In this document: piece by piece, positions 27,076-39,045 of the stretch
How positions within the stretch are numbered: the first letter of the stretch is position 1
Layout: each line of letters opens with the position of its first letter
Assembly (NCBI GenBank): GCA_951406725.2
Contig: OX597828.1
Location: 62,310,001 to 62,374,000 of the forward strand
Direction of reading: 5' to 3'
From: Octopus vulgaris
Taxonomy: Eukaryota
Length of the DNA stretch: 64,000 bases
The notes under the pieces: generated by a model
The model's input: the letters and a program-made list of their open reading frames with translations, nothing else
Databases searched by the model: none
Told to the model about the DNA's origin: nothing
Program-made: the position numbers and the translations under genes

Positions 27076-27483
27076 GCGCAGACATCGCTATATGGTTAAG
27101 AATTTCGATTCGCAGTTTCGATTCCTAATGTTCAGCACATTGGAGAAAGTGTGACAGACTCACAAGACATTCTCCAAGCCGAGCCGACCTCGAAGGAGGC
27201 CTAGGGAGTAGGCCAAGAATGAGACGGTTGGATGACATCCATCGCTTCACTTGGTCATGCTGGGGAAAATCCATCAAGGGAGTCAAATGACGGTTGCTTA
27301 TGATGGCACCCCTCACGGGAATACTGGCCGGAGAGGATGGATGGATACATATATATACTCTGGCAACCCCAACGTCTTCTTGTTTCTCTCAGAAAACAAT
27401 CGCTTGTTCAGTGTCTGTGTGTGGTGGGGGGGGGGGTAGAGGTCTTTAATACTGAAGAGACATATTCCTCTATATGTGCCTGC

Positions 27484-27556
<73 letters not shown>

Positions 27557-27757
27557 TACGTATATATATATATATATATATATATATAACAAAAGGGACA
27601 TTAGCCATTTGAATGTGGCTAGGGACAGGGCAGGGCGGTGGGGGTGTTACTGATGCATTTAGCCCCAGGCGATCATCAACGTCACCAGATAGGCTGACAC
27701 CATCACGGTGTCCTCTATCCTGCAAAGGGAGATCATTCCCCGAAGAAGCGGATGCCA

Positions 27758-27802
27758 CATACGGACCCAGGTTTCGAGGTGTTTGCCTCTCGTCAACGTA
27801 TG
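27758..27802 (-). ncRNA. Type I hammerhead ribozyme, copy 1
   Basis: Exact reverse complement of 27961-28005. Confidence 0.85.
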
Positions 27803-27960
27803 GTAGGCACCGCCCCTCGACGAACGACTCTCTGTGCAGGATATTTATATATAGATTTTCACGTAAATACATTTACTGATTTCGAAAATCTGTTCGACAG
27901 CAATAATAATTCTCTAAACGAGATATAGACAGCAGTCGTTCGTCGAGGGGCGGTGCCTAC

Positions 27961-28005
27961 CATACGTTGACGAGAGGCAAACACCTCGAAACCTGGGTCC
28001 GTATG
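27961..28005 (+). ncRNA. Type I hammerhead ribozyme, copy 2 (predicted cut after C27999)
   Basis: Stem I CATACG/CGTATG; core TTGACGA; stem II GAGG-caaaca-CCTC; GAAA; stem III ACC-tg-GGT; GUC triplet. Confidence 0.87.
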
Positions 28006-28317
28006 TGGCATCCGCTTCTTCGGGGAATGATCTCCCTTTGCAGGATAGAGGACACCGTGATGGTGTCAGCCTATCTGGTGACGTTGATGATAGCCTGGGG
28101 CTAAATGCATCAGTAACACCCCCACCGCCCTGCCCTGTCCCTAGCCACATTCAAATGGCTAATGTCCCTTTTGTTATAGAGCAGTTACTGTCTATATCTC
28201 GTTTAGAGAATTATTATTGCTGTCGAACAGATTTTCGAAATCAGTAAATGTATTTACGTGAAAATCTATATATAAATATCCTGCACAGAGAGTCGTTCGT
28301 CGAGGGGCGGTGCCTAC

Positions 28318-28362
28318 CATACGTTGACGAGAGGCAAACACCTCGAAACCTGGGTCCGTATG
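28318..28362 (+). ncRNA. Type I hammerhead ribozyme, copy 3 (predicted cut after C28356)
   Basis: Identical to copy 2. Confidence 0.87.
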
Positions 28363-28669
28363 TGGCATCCGCTTCTTCGGGGAATGATCTCCCTTTGCAG
28401 GATAGAGGACACCGTGATGGTGTCAGCCTATCTGGTGACGTTGATGATCGCCTGGGGCTAATGTCCCTTTTGTTATGGAGCAGTTACTGTCTATATCTCG
28501 TTTAGAGAATTATTATTGCTATATATATATATATATACATATATACATACACACACATATGTTTAAACATTTATTTCTACATAAATGCATTGATATAATA
28601 TATATATGAGTGTGTGTGTGTGTATTTATACATACATATATTTGTATGTATGCGTGTATATACATATAC

Positions 28670-28914
<245 letters not shown>

Positions 28915-29263
28915 GCATATATATATATATAGATTAAATCTTTACATAAATAAATAACGTGAAATACACGAACGGACGAACATAAGAGACAGACGGGTCA
29001 TTCAAAGCCTTCGTTCTTCAGTCAGAAGCCGATTCATCATCGAAGATTTCGGCTGTTTAATTCTGAGATCTGCTCTGAATCGGCCAGCCCCAGAAGGAAA
29101 GAATGCAACGCAACAGAGACGAACATGAAACGAAAAAAACTTTTTTGAAGACAGTAACGGTTAAAAACAAGGATGACACAGGCACCCTACGGCTTTGAGA
29201 CAAAAGGAGACACAAAAACAATTTATCAGCAAGCATACATATGCATATATATAGAGAGAGATA

Positions 29264-30017
29264 CTAGCATTAAAGACCCGTCGTTGCCGGGTCATAGTGT
29301 TAGTGCATGTATATATGTGTACATATAACATGTACATCTATATATATACATCTACACATAAAATGCAAAATACAAAGTTATATCTTGATATCGCTAGTGA
29401 TAACAATATTCAAAATATATAACAGACTGGAATTGTTAGCTCTTCTTTTTTCTCTACATTGTATACTTTATAGACAATATTGATTGATTCTGATTGATTC
29501 TAGTTTCAGCTCATGAGCTGTGGCCATGCTGGGGCATCTTTAATTTAATTTTTTATTATCCTCCTGGACCATTCCATCTCTGCACGCTAATTTTATTTTT
29601 AATTTATTCCCATTCATGTGAAACCACTTATTCAAGTTCAAATCATTGATGCAATTTTATACCAATTGCTATTTTTACTTTTGTATGTTACGATTATATT
29701 ATACTTTAGTTTGATTTTAATTATTACTTACTACATATAATTCAATTATTATTATTATTTTTATTGTTAAAGTGAAAGCATCTGACATAAAATAGAGAAA
29801 TATTTTTGTTTCACTTTTAACACGTAATACTGAAATAGTGGAGAAGATATGATATTGCTATGGGTTCGCTCTAGGCAAGAAGTTGAACATTTTATTTTGC
29901 CCATGAAACTACATGGACCCTAAGTAAGGCGTAAAATGTGAATCAAATTGGTTGTGTAGTACTCAAGTTTTAGGGAAACACACAGACAGACAGACATTCT
30001 CAGTTTTATATATACAA

Positions 30018-30020
<3 letters not shown>
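29264..30020 (-). mobile_element. Non-autonomous Helitron
   Basis: Minus strand: A|TCTTTGTATATATAAAA...(TCTG)n at the 5' end; 3' hairpin GACCCG-gcaacga-CGGGTC (29275-29293), then CTAG|T. Confidence 0.8.
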
Positions 30021-30093
<73 letters not shown>

Positions 30094-30174
30094 GTATATA
30101 AGTATGTATGTATGTATGTATGTATGTATGTATGTATGTATACACACACACACTCGTATTACGCAAGCCATTCG

Positions 30175-30393
30175 CTAACACGTGGCGTGATATACCTTAC
30201 AACGGACTTTGATGTTACAAAACAACTTGTCCCAAACGAGGCCAAGGTAAGAAGAGAAAAGAATTTTTAAAAGCCGCCGCCGAGATCTCACCTGCTGCGA
30301 CTCTGATACCAGACGTTTCTTATCTGGAATAAACTGGTACTTAAACGATAGAAGCCAACAGAGATATTCTAGAGCTGAGAAACCAGAAACCAC
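30175..30393 (-). mobile_element. Possible RTE-type LINE fragment (post-RT region)
   Basis: LEYLCWLLS...[21 protein letters not shown] resembles the F.YLGS.IS...VW....K.KVY.A.V region; heavily decayed. Confidence 0.4.
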
Positions 30394-30546
30394 TTTCCGA
30401 AGAACCCCACATAGCTAAGTTCCACCCACAGTTTAATACGTTGAGAAAGTAGTTATTGATTTTGTACTGAAAAGCAAAAATCGGGAAAATACGAGAAAAC
30501 ATTGCGCCGACGATAATGAGAAAAGCGATATAGAATGTATGAAGTG

Positions 30547-30581
<35 letters not shown>

Positions 30582-30600
30582 ATTTATATATATATTTATA

Positions 30601-30663
<63 letters not shown>

Positions 30664-30785
30664 GTATGTATATGCATATCTAGGTATGTAGATACAGTAT
30701 GTATGTGTAAGTATATGTACGTATGTAAATATAGTATACATATTTTATGTATATACACATACACTTATATATACATGTATATATG

Positions 30786-30878
<93 letters not shown>

Positions 30879-31309
30879 GAGGCGGCAGGAACGGAAAGAA
30901 CGGTGGAAGGAGTGGAATGTCTTAAAGATTAGACACTAAAATTGACAGGTTGCGATGGAAATCGGGTGGAACGTGCGGGTCTGGGTGGTTAGCCTATGCG
31001 ACTCCCCAACATCCCCCTCCATACAGCAGCAGCAGCGCCGTCCTGTTAATATGAGTAGTACTCCAATATCGGTCATATTTCAGCTATGTTATAACCGTTT
31101 TAAGAGAGAACATATCGTTCTAACTACCGAGGTATCTCTAGTTCCATTGAGTTTGGTTTTATTCTGAAGTCGGTTCACACCCTGAACTACACCACACAGA
31201 GTCTGTGATTTATTTGTCAGGTTCTTGTGTGTGCTTGTATTAATACACACACACACACACACACACATATGTATGTATGTATATATAAGAGAGACTTGGG
31301 TAAGGTTGG

Positions 31310-31592
31310 TACAATGCGAAAAGAAACAAAAAGAAAATAAAGCAAAGTAGTAGTTTTAGCTTGTATTTCTATATTTCGGGGATATGACCCCTTCTTCAGG
31401 ACATGTGGAAAAAGCGAGGGATGGAAAAAGCCGTTGCTCAGATGTGTGGGGGAGAACAGTGATATGTGCAGGCTGATGTTGCTATAATAACCCGTCTGCT
31501 TTGTGTAGTTCTTTTTTGTTGTTTATAGCTGGTCTCAGTTTGTTTATAAGGAGGACCTCTATGATTCTTTGATTGCCTCTGTTGCGTTGAGT
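31310..31592 (-). mobile_element. PLE 3' fragment: GIY-YIG C-terminus plus minimal hammerhead (31365-31403)
   Basis: RIIEVLLINKLRPAINNKKE fits the E..LI....P.LN motif. Downstream on the minus strand: ATGTC-CTGAAGA-A-GGGG tcatat CCCC-GAAA-TA-TA-GAAAT. Confidence 0.75.
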
Positions 31593-32120
31593 GACATGGT
31601 CTGGATTGTAGGGAGGATGAGGGATAGCTTTGATGCCCATCTCTGTCAAGTAATTGGTTACCAGGACGGAATTGTGGACTGGTGCATTGTCCTGGTGCAT
31701 GTCCCGCCGACCTGTGTGCAAGACCTCTGACCTTTTGCGACGAAACCTCTTCCTGAATGCCCTCAAAGCCTCCACAAAGTTCTCTTTGTTGACCGTTGGG
31801 TCAGAAGGAACCCAGTGGAAGTAGATGATGCGCTTGCTGTTGAAAAAGGGGCTCATCATAAGCTTTGCCTGGCCTTCTTGGGTCTGGGGGATCCATTAGG
31901 GAGTCTGTCTCTTGGTCTCCAGATCATAACTGTAGGTTCAGCTTTCATCACAGGTCACCAGAGACACAAATATTCTTGTATTGGAGGCAATAAGGTCAAC
32001 CACCTCCCTGCTATCACCAACGCGCCTTTCCTTTTGTTCGTCAATGAGCAACAACCTGTGAACAAACTTTGCGTAAATTTTGCGCATATTCAGATCTTCA
32101 TGAATAATTCTACATGCAGT
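31593..32120 (-). mobile_element. Mariner (Tc1/mariner DDD) transposase relic
   Basis: DLNMRKICAKF; LVTCDES*TYSYDLETK; HQDNAPVH; HPPYNPD (YSPDL motif). Confidence 0.9.
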
Positions 32121-32506
32121 TGATGCACTCGCTTCAAACTGTTTGATAGCAAAAAACTCGACTCGTACAAATTAATCTACGACCAGTCTGGAGCATTTAT
32201 TTTCTGTAGCGTTTTTTGCCGACTTTAACACAAAGCTTCATTGCATAGCCAGCTGCCAAATTGTCGTAACGTCTTAACTGCATTCTGCAAACTCGTCAGC
32301 TGTGGCAAGCAGTGTAGGATGGGATCAAAATGTTGTTATGGCCGTCTCCTTCAATCTGGAATAACTAAAGGTGGCAGGTCAGCTTATTAGTAATGATATT
32401 CGTAAAATTACAATAGCCTCTAGGACAATTATAACTGTCTCTCCTAAAAATAATTCCCAAACTTATATATATATATACATACTAGTATATATATATATAT
32501 ATATAT

Positions 32507-32927
32507 CTTTACTCTTTACTCTTTTACTTGTTTCAGTCATTTGACTGCGGCCATGCTGGAGCACCGCCTTTAGTCGAGCAAATCGACCCCGGGACTTATT
32601 CTTTGTAAGCCCAGTACTTATTCTATCGGTCTCTTTTGCCGAACCGCTAAGTGACGGGGACGTAAACACACCAGCATCGGTTGTCAAGCAATGCTAAGAG
32701 GACAAACACAGACACACAAACATACACACACATACACACATAAATATATATATATACATATATACGACAGGCTTCTTTCAGTTTCCGTCTACCAAATCTA
32801 CTCACAAGGCATTGGTCGGCCCGGGGCTATAGCAGAAGACACTTGCCCAAGATGTCACGCAGTGGGACTGAACCCGGAACCATGTGGTTGGTAAGAAAGC
32901 TACTTACCACACAGCCACTCCTGCGCC
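32507..32927 (-). mobile_element. SINE family A, full-length young copy
   Basis: GGCGCAGGAGTGGCTGTGTGGTAAG...GGTTCAGTCCC head, body, and GACTGAAACAAGTAAAAGAG tail; (TA)n flanks. Confidence 0.9.
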
Positions 32928-33009
<82 letters not shown>

Positions 33010-33029
33010 TGTGTCTGTGTGTCTGTGTG

Positions 33030-33240
33030 TTTGTGTGTCTGAGTTTGTCCCCCTAGCATTGCTTGACAACCGATGCTGGTGTGTTTACGTCCCCGTCACC
33101 TAGCGGTTCGGCAAAAGAGACCGATAGAATAAGTACTGGGCTTACAAAGAATAAGTCCCGGTGTCGATTTGCTTGACTAAAAGGCGGTGCTCCAGCATGG
33201 CCGCGGTCAAATGACTGAAACAAGTAAAAGAGTAAAAGAG

Positions 33241-33243
<3 letters not shown>
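33030..33243 (+). mobile_element. SINE family A, 3' half (inverted relative to 32507-32710)
   Basis: Direct reverse-complement match. Confidence 0.9.
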
Positions 33244-33290
<47 letters not shown>

Positions 33291-33293
<3 letters not shown>

Positions 33294-33445
33294 CACAGAT
33301 TGGTTGTGTGGTAAGAAGCTTGCTCCACAATCGCATGGTTCCGCACTGCGTGGCACGTTGGGCATGTGTCTTCTACTGTAGCATCGGGCCGACCAAAGCC
33401 TTGTGAGTGAACCTGGTAACCGGAAACTGAAAGAAGCCCGTCGTA
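33291..33445 (+). mobile_element. SINE family A, 5' half
   Basis: GGCACAGATTGGTTGTGTGGTAAG...GGAAACTGAAAGAAGCCCGTCG. Confidence 0.85.
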
Positions 33446-33794
33446 TATGTATGTGTGCGCGTGCGCGTGTACATATGTATATGTAGGTTTATGTATATAT
33501 ATATATATATAGTAACTTGTTTTTAACAGTCGAACTCGAAGTAATTAAAGCTATAATCTATAGCATGATATACTTTCTAGTTTTATTTACTTCGAATTAT
33601 ACCGTTAAAAGCGGTTTATTCCATATCGCTCGAAGTTTCTAAATTATTATGACGTAAACAATATCTGTTTGTTTACGCGTGTATAACTGTAGACATCTAT
33701 CTATCTATCTATCCATCCATCCCTCTGTCTATCTAGCTATCTATCCCTCTGTCTATCTATCTATCTAGCTAGCTAGCTAGCTAGCTATTTATCC

Positions 33795-33853
<59 letters not shown>

Positions 33854-34649
33854 CATCTATCTATCTATAGATATATATCTATCGATCTATCTCTGTATAT
33901 ACACACACAAACAAACACACACATACAAACACACACACGAACACACGCACGCACACACAAACAGCCACTCATACACACAATATGTCTATCCATTTGCCTG
34001 TCAGCACAGTTACCTACAAAGTCTTTGTGACATTCCTGCAACTACCTTAATCTTGACATTTTTAGACAAATTTCACAGACTTCCGATTTGTCTAAGGTAT
34101 TTACCAATTCGATATAGTGCCAGACGGATCCTCCATTGCTCCTCATCTCTCAGCCATCTGATCTTTCAGTCACACGGCTCCTTAATGACTTTCACTCTCT
34201 CTCCCACCATCCGCTTCTTCTTTCTTCGTCTCCTCCTCCTCCTTCTCTCCCTTCTCCCCTCCTTCTTCTGCGTCTACTACTGCTGCTGCAGCTGCTGCTT
34301 CTTTTTTTTCAATTCTTCTGATTCTATTGTTTCTTCTTACTCCTCCTCCTCCTCATCCTCCTCACTCACCCTTTTCTCTTCTCTTTCCTTACTCTCCCAC
34401 CCTCCTTATTCGTTCCTTTCTCTCTACTCTTTCCCCTCTCTTTAATCCCTTTTCTATGCTCACTCTCTTTGCGCTCTTCTCTCTCTCTCTCTCACTCTCT
34501 TCTCCTCACTCTCCCATTCTCTCTTCAAATATTATTCTCTCGCCACAATTCCTCAGATTCTCTTCAAAGCTCAACACCTTTCAACTTCATCTTTGCACTC
34601 CACAAACATTCAGTTTCAAAGGTCGTTTTCATGTTGCTGTTGTCGTTAT

Positions 34650-34958
34650 TCTTCTTTCTTTCTTCTTCTTCTACTTCTTCGTCTTCTTCTTCTTCTTCTT
34701 CTTCTTCTTCTTCTTCTTCTTCTTCTTCTTCTTCTTTTCTTCTTCTTCTTCTTTTCTTCTTCTTCTTTTTCTTCTCCTTCTTCTTTTCCTTCTTTTTACT
34801 TCCTCTTCTTTTTCTTCTTCTTTTCCTTTCTTCTTCTTCTTCTTCTTTTTCTTCTTCTCCTTTCCTTCTTTTTACTTCCTCTTCTTTTTCTTCTTCTTTT
34901 ACTTCTTCTTCTTCTTCTTCTTCTATTCCTTTCTTCCTCTTCTTCTTCTTCCTCTTCT

Positions 34959-34990
<32 letters not shown>

Positions 34991-35000
34991 TTTTTCTTTT
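34650..35000. repeat. Degenerate (TTC)n polypyrimidine tract
   Basis: Directly visible. Confidence 0.95.
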
Positions 35001-35458
35001 GTCTCGCTGTCAAAATCATCTTCACCATTGCTGTTGCCATCGTCATCATCGTCCTCATCTCGACCACCACCATCATCATCATCATTATCATCATCATCAA
35101 CAACAATAACAACAACAACACCTCTGACGCCTTTCGAACGCCATGACAGCTTTTAGGAGGTCAACAGTTCAAAGGAGCTCACCGATGGCACATGATTTTT
35201 ACCCCCTCATCACATGGATATGTCGTACATTTAATTAGCTAAGAAACCTCACCTGTATACCTTACGTTGGACCTGACTAAGACCTTTTCTGATTAAAAAA
35301 TGGGGTTATTGAATGTTTTACGGAGAAACATTTATTTTTTTTGTTTTATATACATTTGATCAAAACATTGTCGTAACTCGCTGAATAACTACTTTATATT
35401 TATATTCAGATTTCTACAAACAAGATCCACTACTCTTGTTTGAATCATTGATCCGCGA

Positions 35459-35514
35459 GTAACTTTGACTGAGGAGACACAACAAGGTCGAAACACCAAT
35501 TGTTTCAAGGTTGC
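35459..35514 (+). ncRNA. Stand-alone full-size type I hammerhead ribozyme (predicted cut after T35504)
   Basis: Stem I GTAACTTTGA/TCAAGGTTGC (10 bp including 2 G.U); CTGAGGA; stem II GAC-acaacaag-GTC; GAAA; stem III ACA-ccaat-TGT; GUU triplet. Confidence 0.8.
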
Positions 35515-36012
35515 CTTACAGTAATGAATAGTGTATACGAATACACATCGTGTAAAGGCGGGAGAGATGTTCTCTGATGACGAAAAATAACAGCGATCAA
35601 CACATTACGTTCGAATCAGCCAGAATATATTAGAAACGAATATAAACGTTATTATGTCCTTCAATTTATTCAGGCAATATATTGAGCTTTGGGGGATATT
35701 TTGCTGTTATTTTTAACAAGTCAAGCGACACTAAACACTCGTTTAGGTTGTTTTTCTCAATGTTATATCTATTGATTACACAATTATGGGTATTTCTTAT
35801 TGTTTTTTGTTGTTATTTTTCCAATGTTTGTTATACATCTAATATTGCTATGGAAGTGTTGGCCGTTGGCGTCGTTACAGTCGGTGGTCGATCCCAATCG
35901 TGGGGGGTAATTACAACCAGTTCATAATTATGTCGCTTAATTAAACAGAACGGTATGTAATTCACGCTGGTTATTAACCATGTGTGTGTGTATGTGTGTG
36001 TGTGTGTGTGTA

Positions 36013-36050
<38 letters not shown>

Positions 36051-36106
36051 TATGTATAAATATATATATGTATGTATATGTATATGTATATGCATATATA
36101 TGTGTA

Positions 36107-36146
<40 letters not shown>

Positions 36147-36214
36147 TATGTGTATATATATGTATATATAGATAGATAGATATATAGATATATATATGTA
36201 TGTATGCATGTATG

Positions 36215-36245
<31 letters not shown>

Positions 36246-36282
36246 GTATGTATGTATGTATGTATGTATGTATGTATGTATG

Positions 36283-36328
<46 letters not shown>

Positions 36329-37421
36329 CATGTATGTGTATGATCTGTCTCTGTGTGTAATCCTGTAATATAACTTTGTCATAAAGCACCTGTTAATAAC
36401 CACCCTCAGAACAACCAGGATAAATAATAAACAGCAACACCATCGCCAAAACCACCGCCACCATCACTACTACCATCGCCGCCTCTACCACCAACACCAA
36501 CACCATCAACGCTACTACTACCACCATCACCAAAATCGGTACGACCATAAAAACCCATGAGAACGTAGCTGCTATTGTCGTTGTTGTTGCGGTTTTACAT
36601 ATTGTTGTATATGATGATGATGATGATGATGATGACGGTGGTGGTGACGACGACGATGATGATGATGATGATGATGATGAATCAAGAGGATAGGATCAAA
36701 AACGTTAACGTTGCTAACGATATTCTTGATATAAAATAATGTTTACCACCACTGAACGGTAAATTTTCCAGAACACCAAATATATATCACATACTTCCGT
36801 TGTGCCATACTTCCGGTGTAGAGTCTATACTATAATGGAGAAAGCTGTTTATTTATTAGGTATGTGCCAATTACTAAAAGTACTAAAACAAAGCAATCAT
36901 TTAAGGGTTGACCGTCCGGAAATATTTTTATAAATCCATGTTCTAAGAAATTTCCTATTATTTCGATTTCTCAAGTTTATTGGATTTTTTTACTCCAATT
37001 TCTCGCAAATATTTAAATATTCATTGCATTCACTGCGGAGCATTCCATTTTTACTTGAAAAGTTTCTCACTTTTCCTTTTAAGTTTTAATTCGCTATTAA
37101 TATATACGTAATGTAAAAACATTATTTATTGAATGAAAATATTTTTAAATACCCAGGACAGCTGCCAGAAGAACCTAGAAAGTTGGGTAATTGCTGTTAG
37201 AAGACGAGAAGAAAAAAAATCAAAAAGTTACCGACAAGTATTCGAAACTTGCACCTTATTTACAGTTTCCAAACACAACTTCAACAGTGACACACACACA
37301 CTCACATACACACACACACACACCAATACACACTCGTGCGCACACATAGATACACATAGACACAAATGAAAAGGAATGATGTGCGTGTGTGTGCGTGCGT
37401 ACGAGCGTGCGGGCGTGCATG

Positions 37422-37487
<66 letters not shown>

Positions 37488-37816
37488 GTGTGCTGTTTTC
37501 TGACAAAACTTCGTGCTGTATCACTTTTGTGAGGTTTTGTCAGTGAACAGGTCACGGTTTCAAAGCGACGAAAATATTTTGACGTGAAAGTAAGGTATTT
37601 GTGTATTCGCGAATGGTCTACAAACATCTTCCACGCTGCAATTGTTTTAGTTTCAGCACACGATCTCAGATCAAGTCACTTGCTATGCAAGTACTTCTCC
37701 CGGAGGGAGGTCTTTCTGCTAGTACAACTAATGTAACACAGAACGGTAGTTACATACAGAGATTTTGTAACAATTGTTACAGACTTGAAATATAACAAAT
37801 ATCGGACATGAATTAC

Positions 37817-37869
<53 letters not shown>

Positions 37870-38067
37870 CAATGGTGGTGGTGGTGGTGGTGGTGGTGGT
37901 GTTTGGTGGTGATGATGATAGTGATGTTTGTAAGGTTTCGGATTTGTGTCTCAGGTATTTTGCAAAGGACAATTTAATTTCCTGCTATTTGACACTGCTA
38001 CAGCTGTGAAACTTTACTGGATACTCTCCCTCTCTTATGTATATATATACACACATATATCTGTATG

Positions 38068-38108
<41 letters not shown>

Positions 38109-38121
38109 ATATATATATATG

Positions 38122-38153
<32 letters not shown>

Positions 38154-38296
38154 TATCTGTGCGCATATATATATGTATATATATATGTATATATATGTGT
38201 ATATATATATATGTATATATATATATGTATATATATATATATGTATGTATATATACATATATATATATGTATATATATATGTGTGTGTGTGTATAT

Positions 38297-38416
<120 letters not shown>

Positions 38417-38518
38417 CATATATACATACAGATACATATAGATACATATGCACACATATACATATACCTGCATATGTATGTACGTATACATATATATATA
38501 TGTAAATATATATGTGTG

Positions 38519-38565
<47 letters not shown>

Positions 38566-38752
38566 TGTATATGTATGTGGTTAAATGTGTGCGTATATAT
38601 ATCGTGTTGACATTTCTAGAAGGAAGGTTACCTTTTCTACAGGCATTTGATACCTTCTGTTATATATACACACACACATACACGCATACACGCACATATA
38701 CATATGGATATATATAATACACGCTATCGTTTGTATGTTTGTGTATGTATAC

Positions 38753-38802
<50 letters not shown>

Positions 38803-38952
38803 ACGTATATTTACTTGTGTAAATATGTATTATATGTGTATATATACGCACACTCATTAGTGTACCAACATCTAAAGTTGCCCACGTACGTATGGTGTAA
38901 ATTTTAACTTACAGAAAAACATAGGAATTTGTGTGTGTCCGTGCGTATGCGT

Positions 38953-39045
<93 letters not shown>

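Larger units (their letters stand above)
27585..28520. mobile_element. Retrozyme-like element: 357-bp hammerhead-containing unit, one inverted copy (27585-27932, minus) plus tandem copies (27934-28520, plus), in (TA)n
   Basis: Period 357 bp (CATACGTTGACGA at 27961 and 28318); reverse-complement copy to the left; no credible ORF. Confidence 0.88.

Noticed and set aside
27408-28505. Repeated small ORFs (MYLRENLY..., MWLGTGQ...) in the 357-bp unit
   Set aside because: No recognisable domain, and they are open on both strands; the RNA structure explains the unit better. A small peptide cannot be strictly excluded.
28935-29110. Possible minus-strand hammerhead (CTGAAGAACGAAGGCTTTGAA) in a PLE-like end
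   Set aside because: No convincing stem II or GAAA/UH arrangement; too degenerate.
35570-35595. CTGATGACGAAA motif
   Set aside because: No stem II between CUGAUGA and GAAA and no stem I; chance match.
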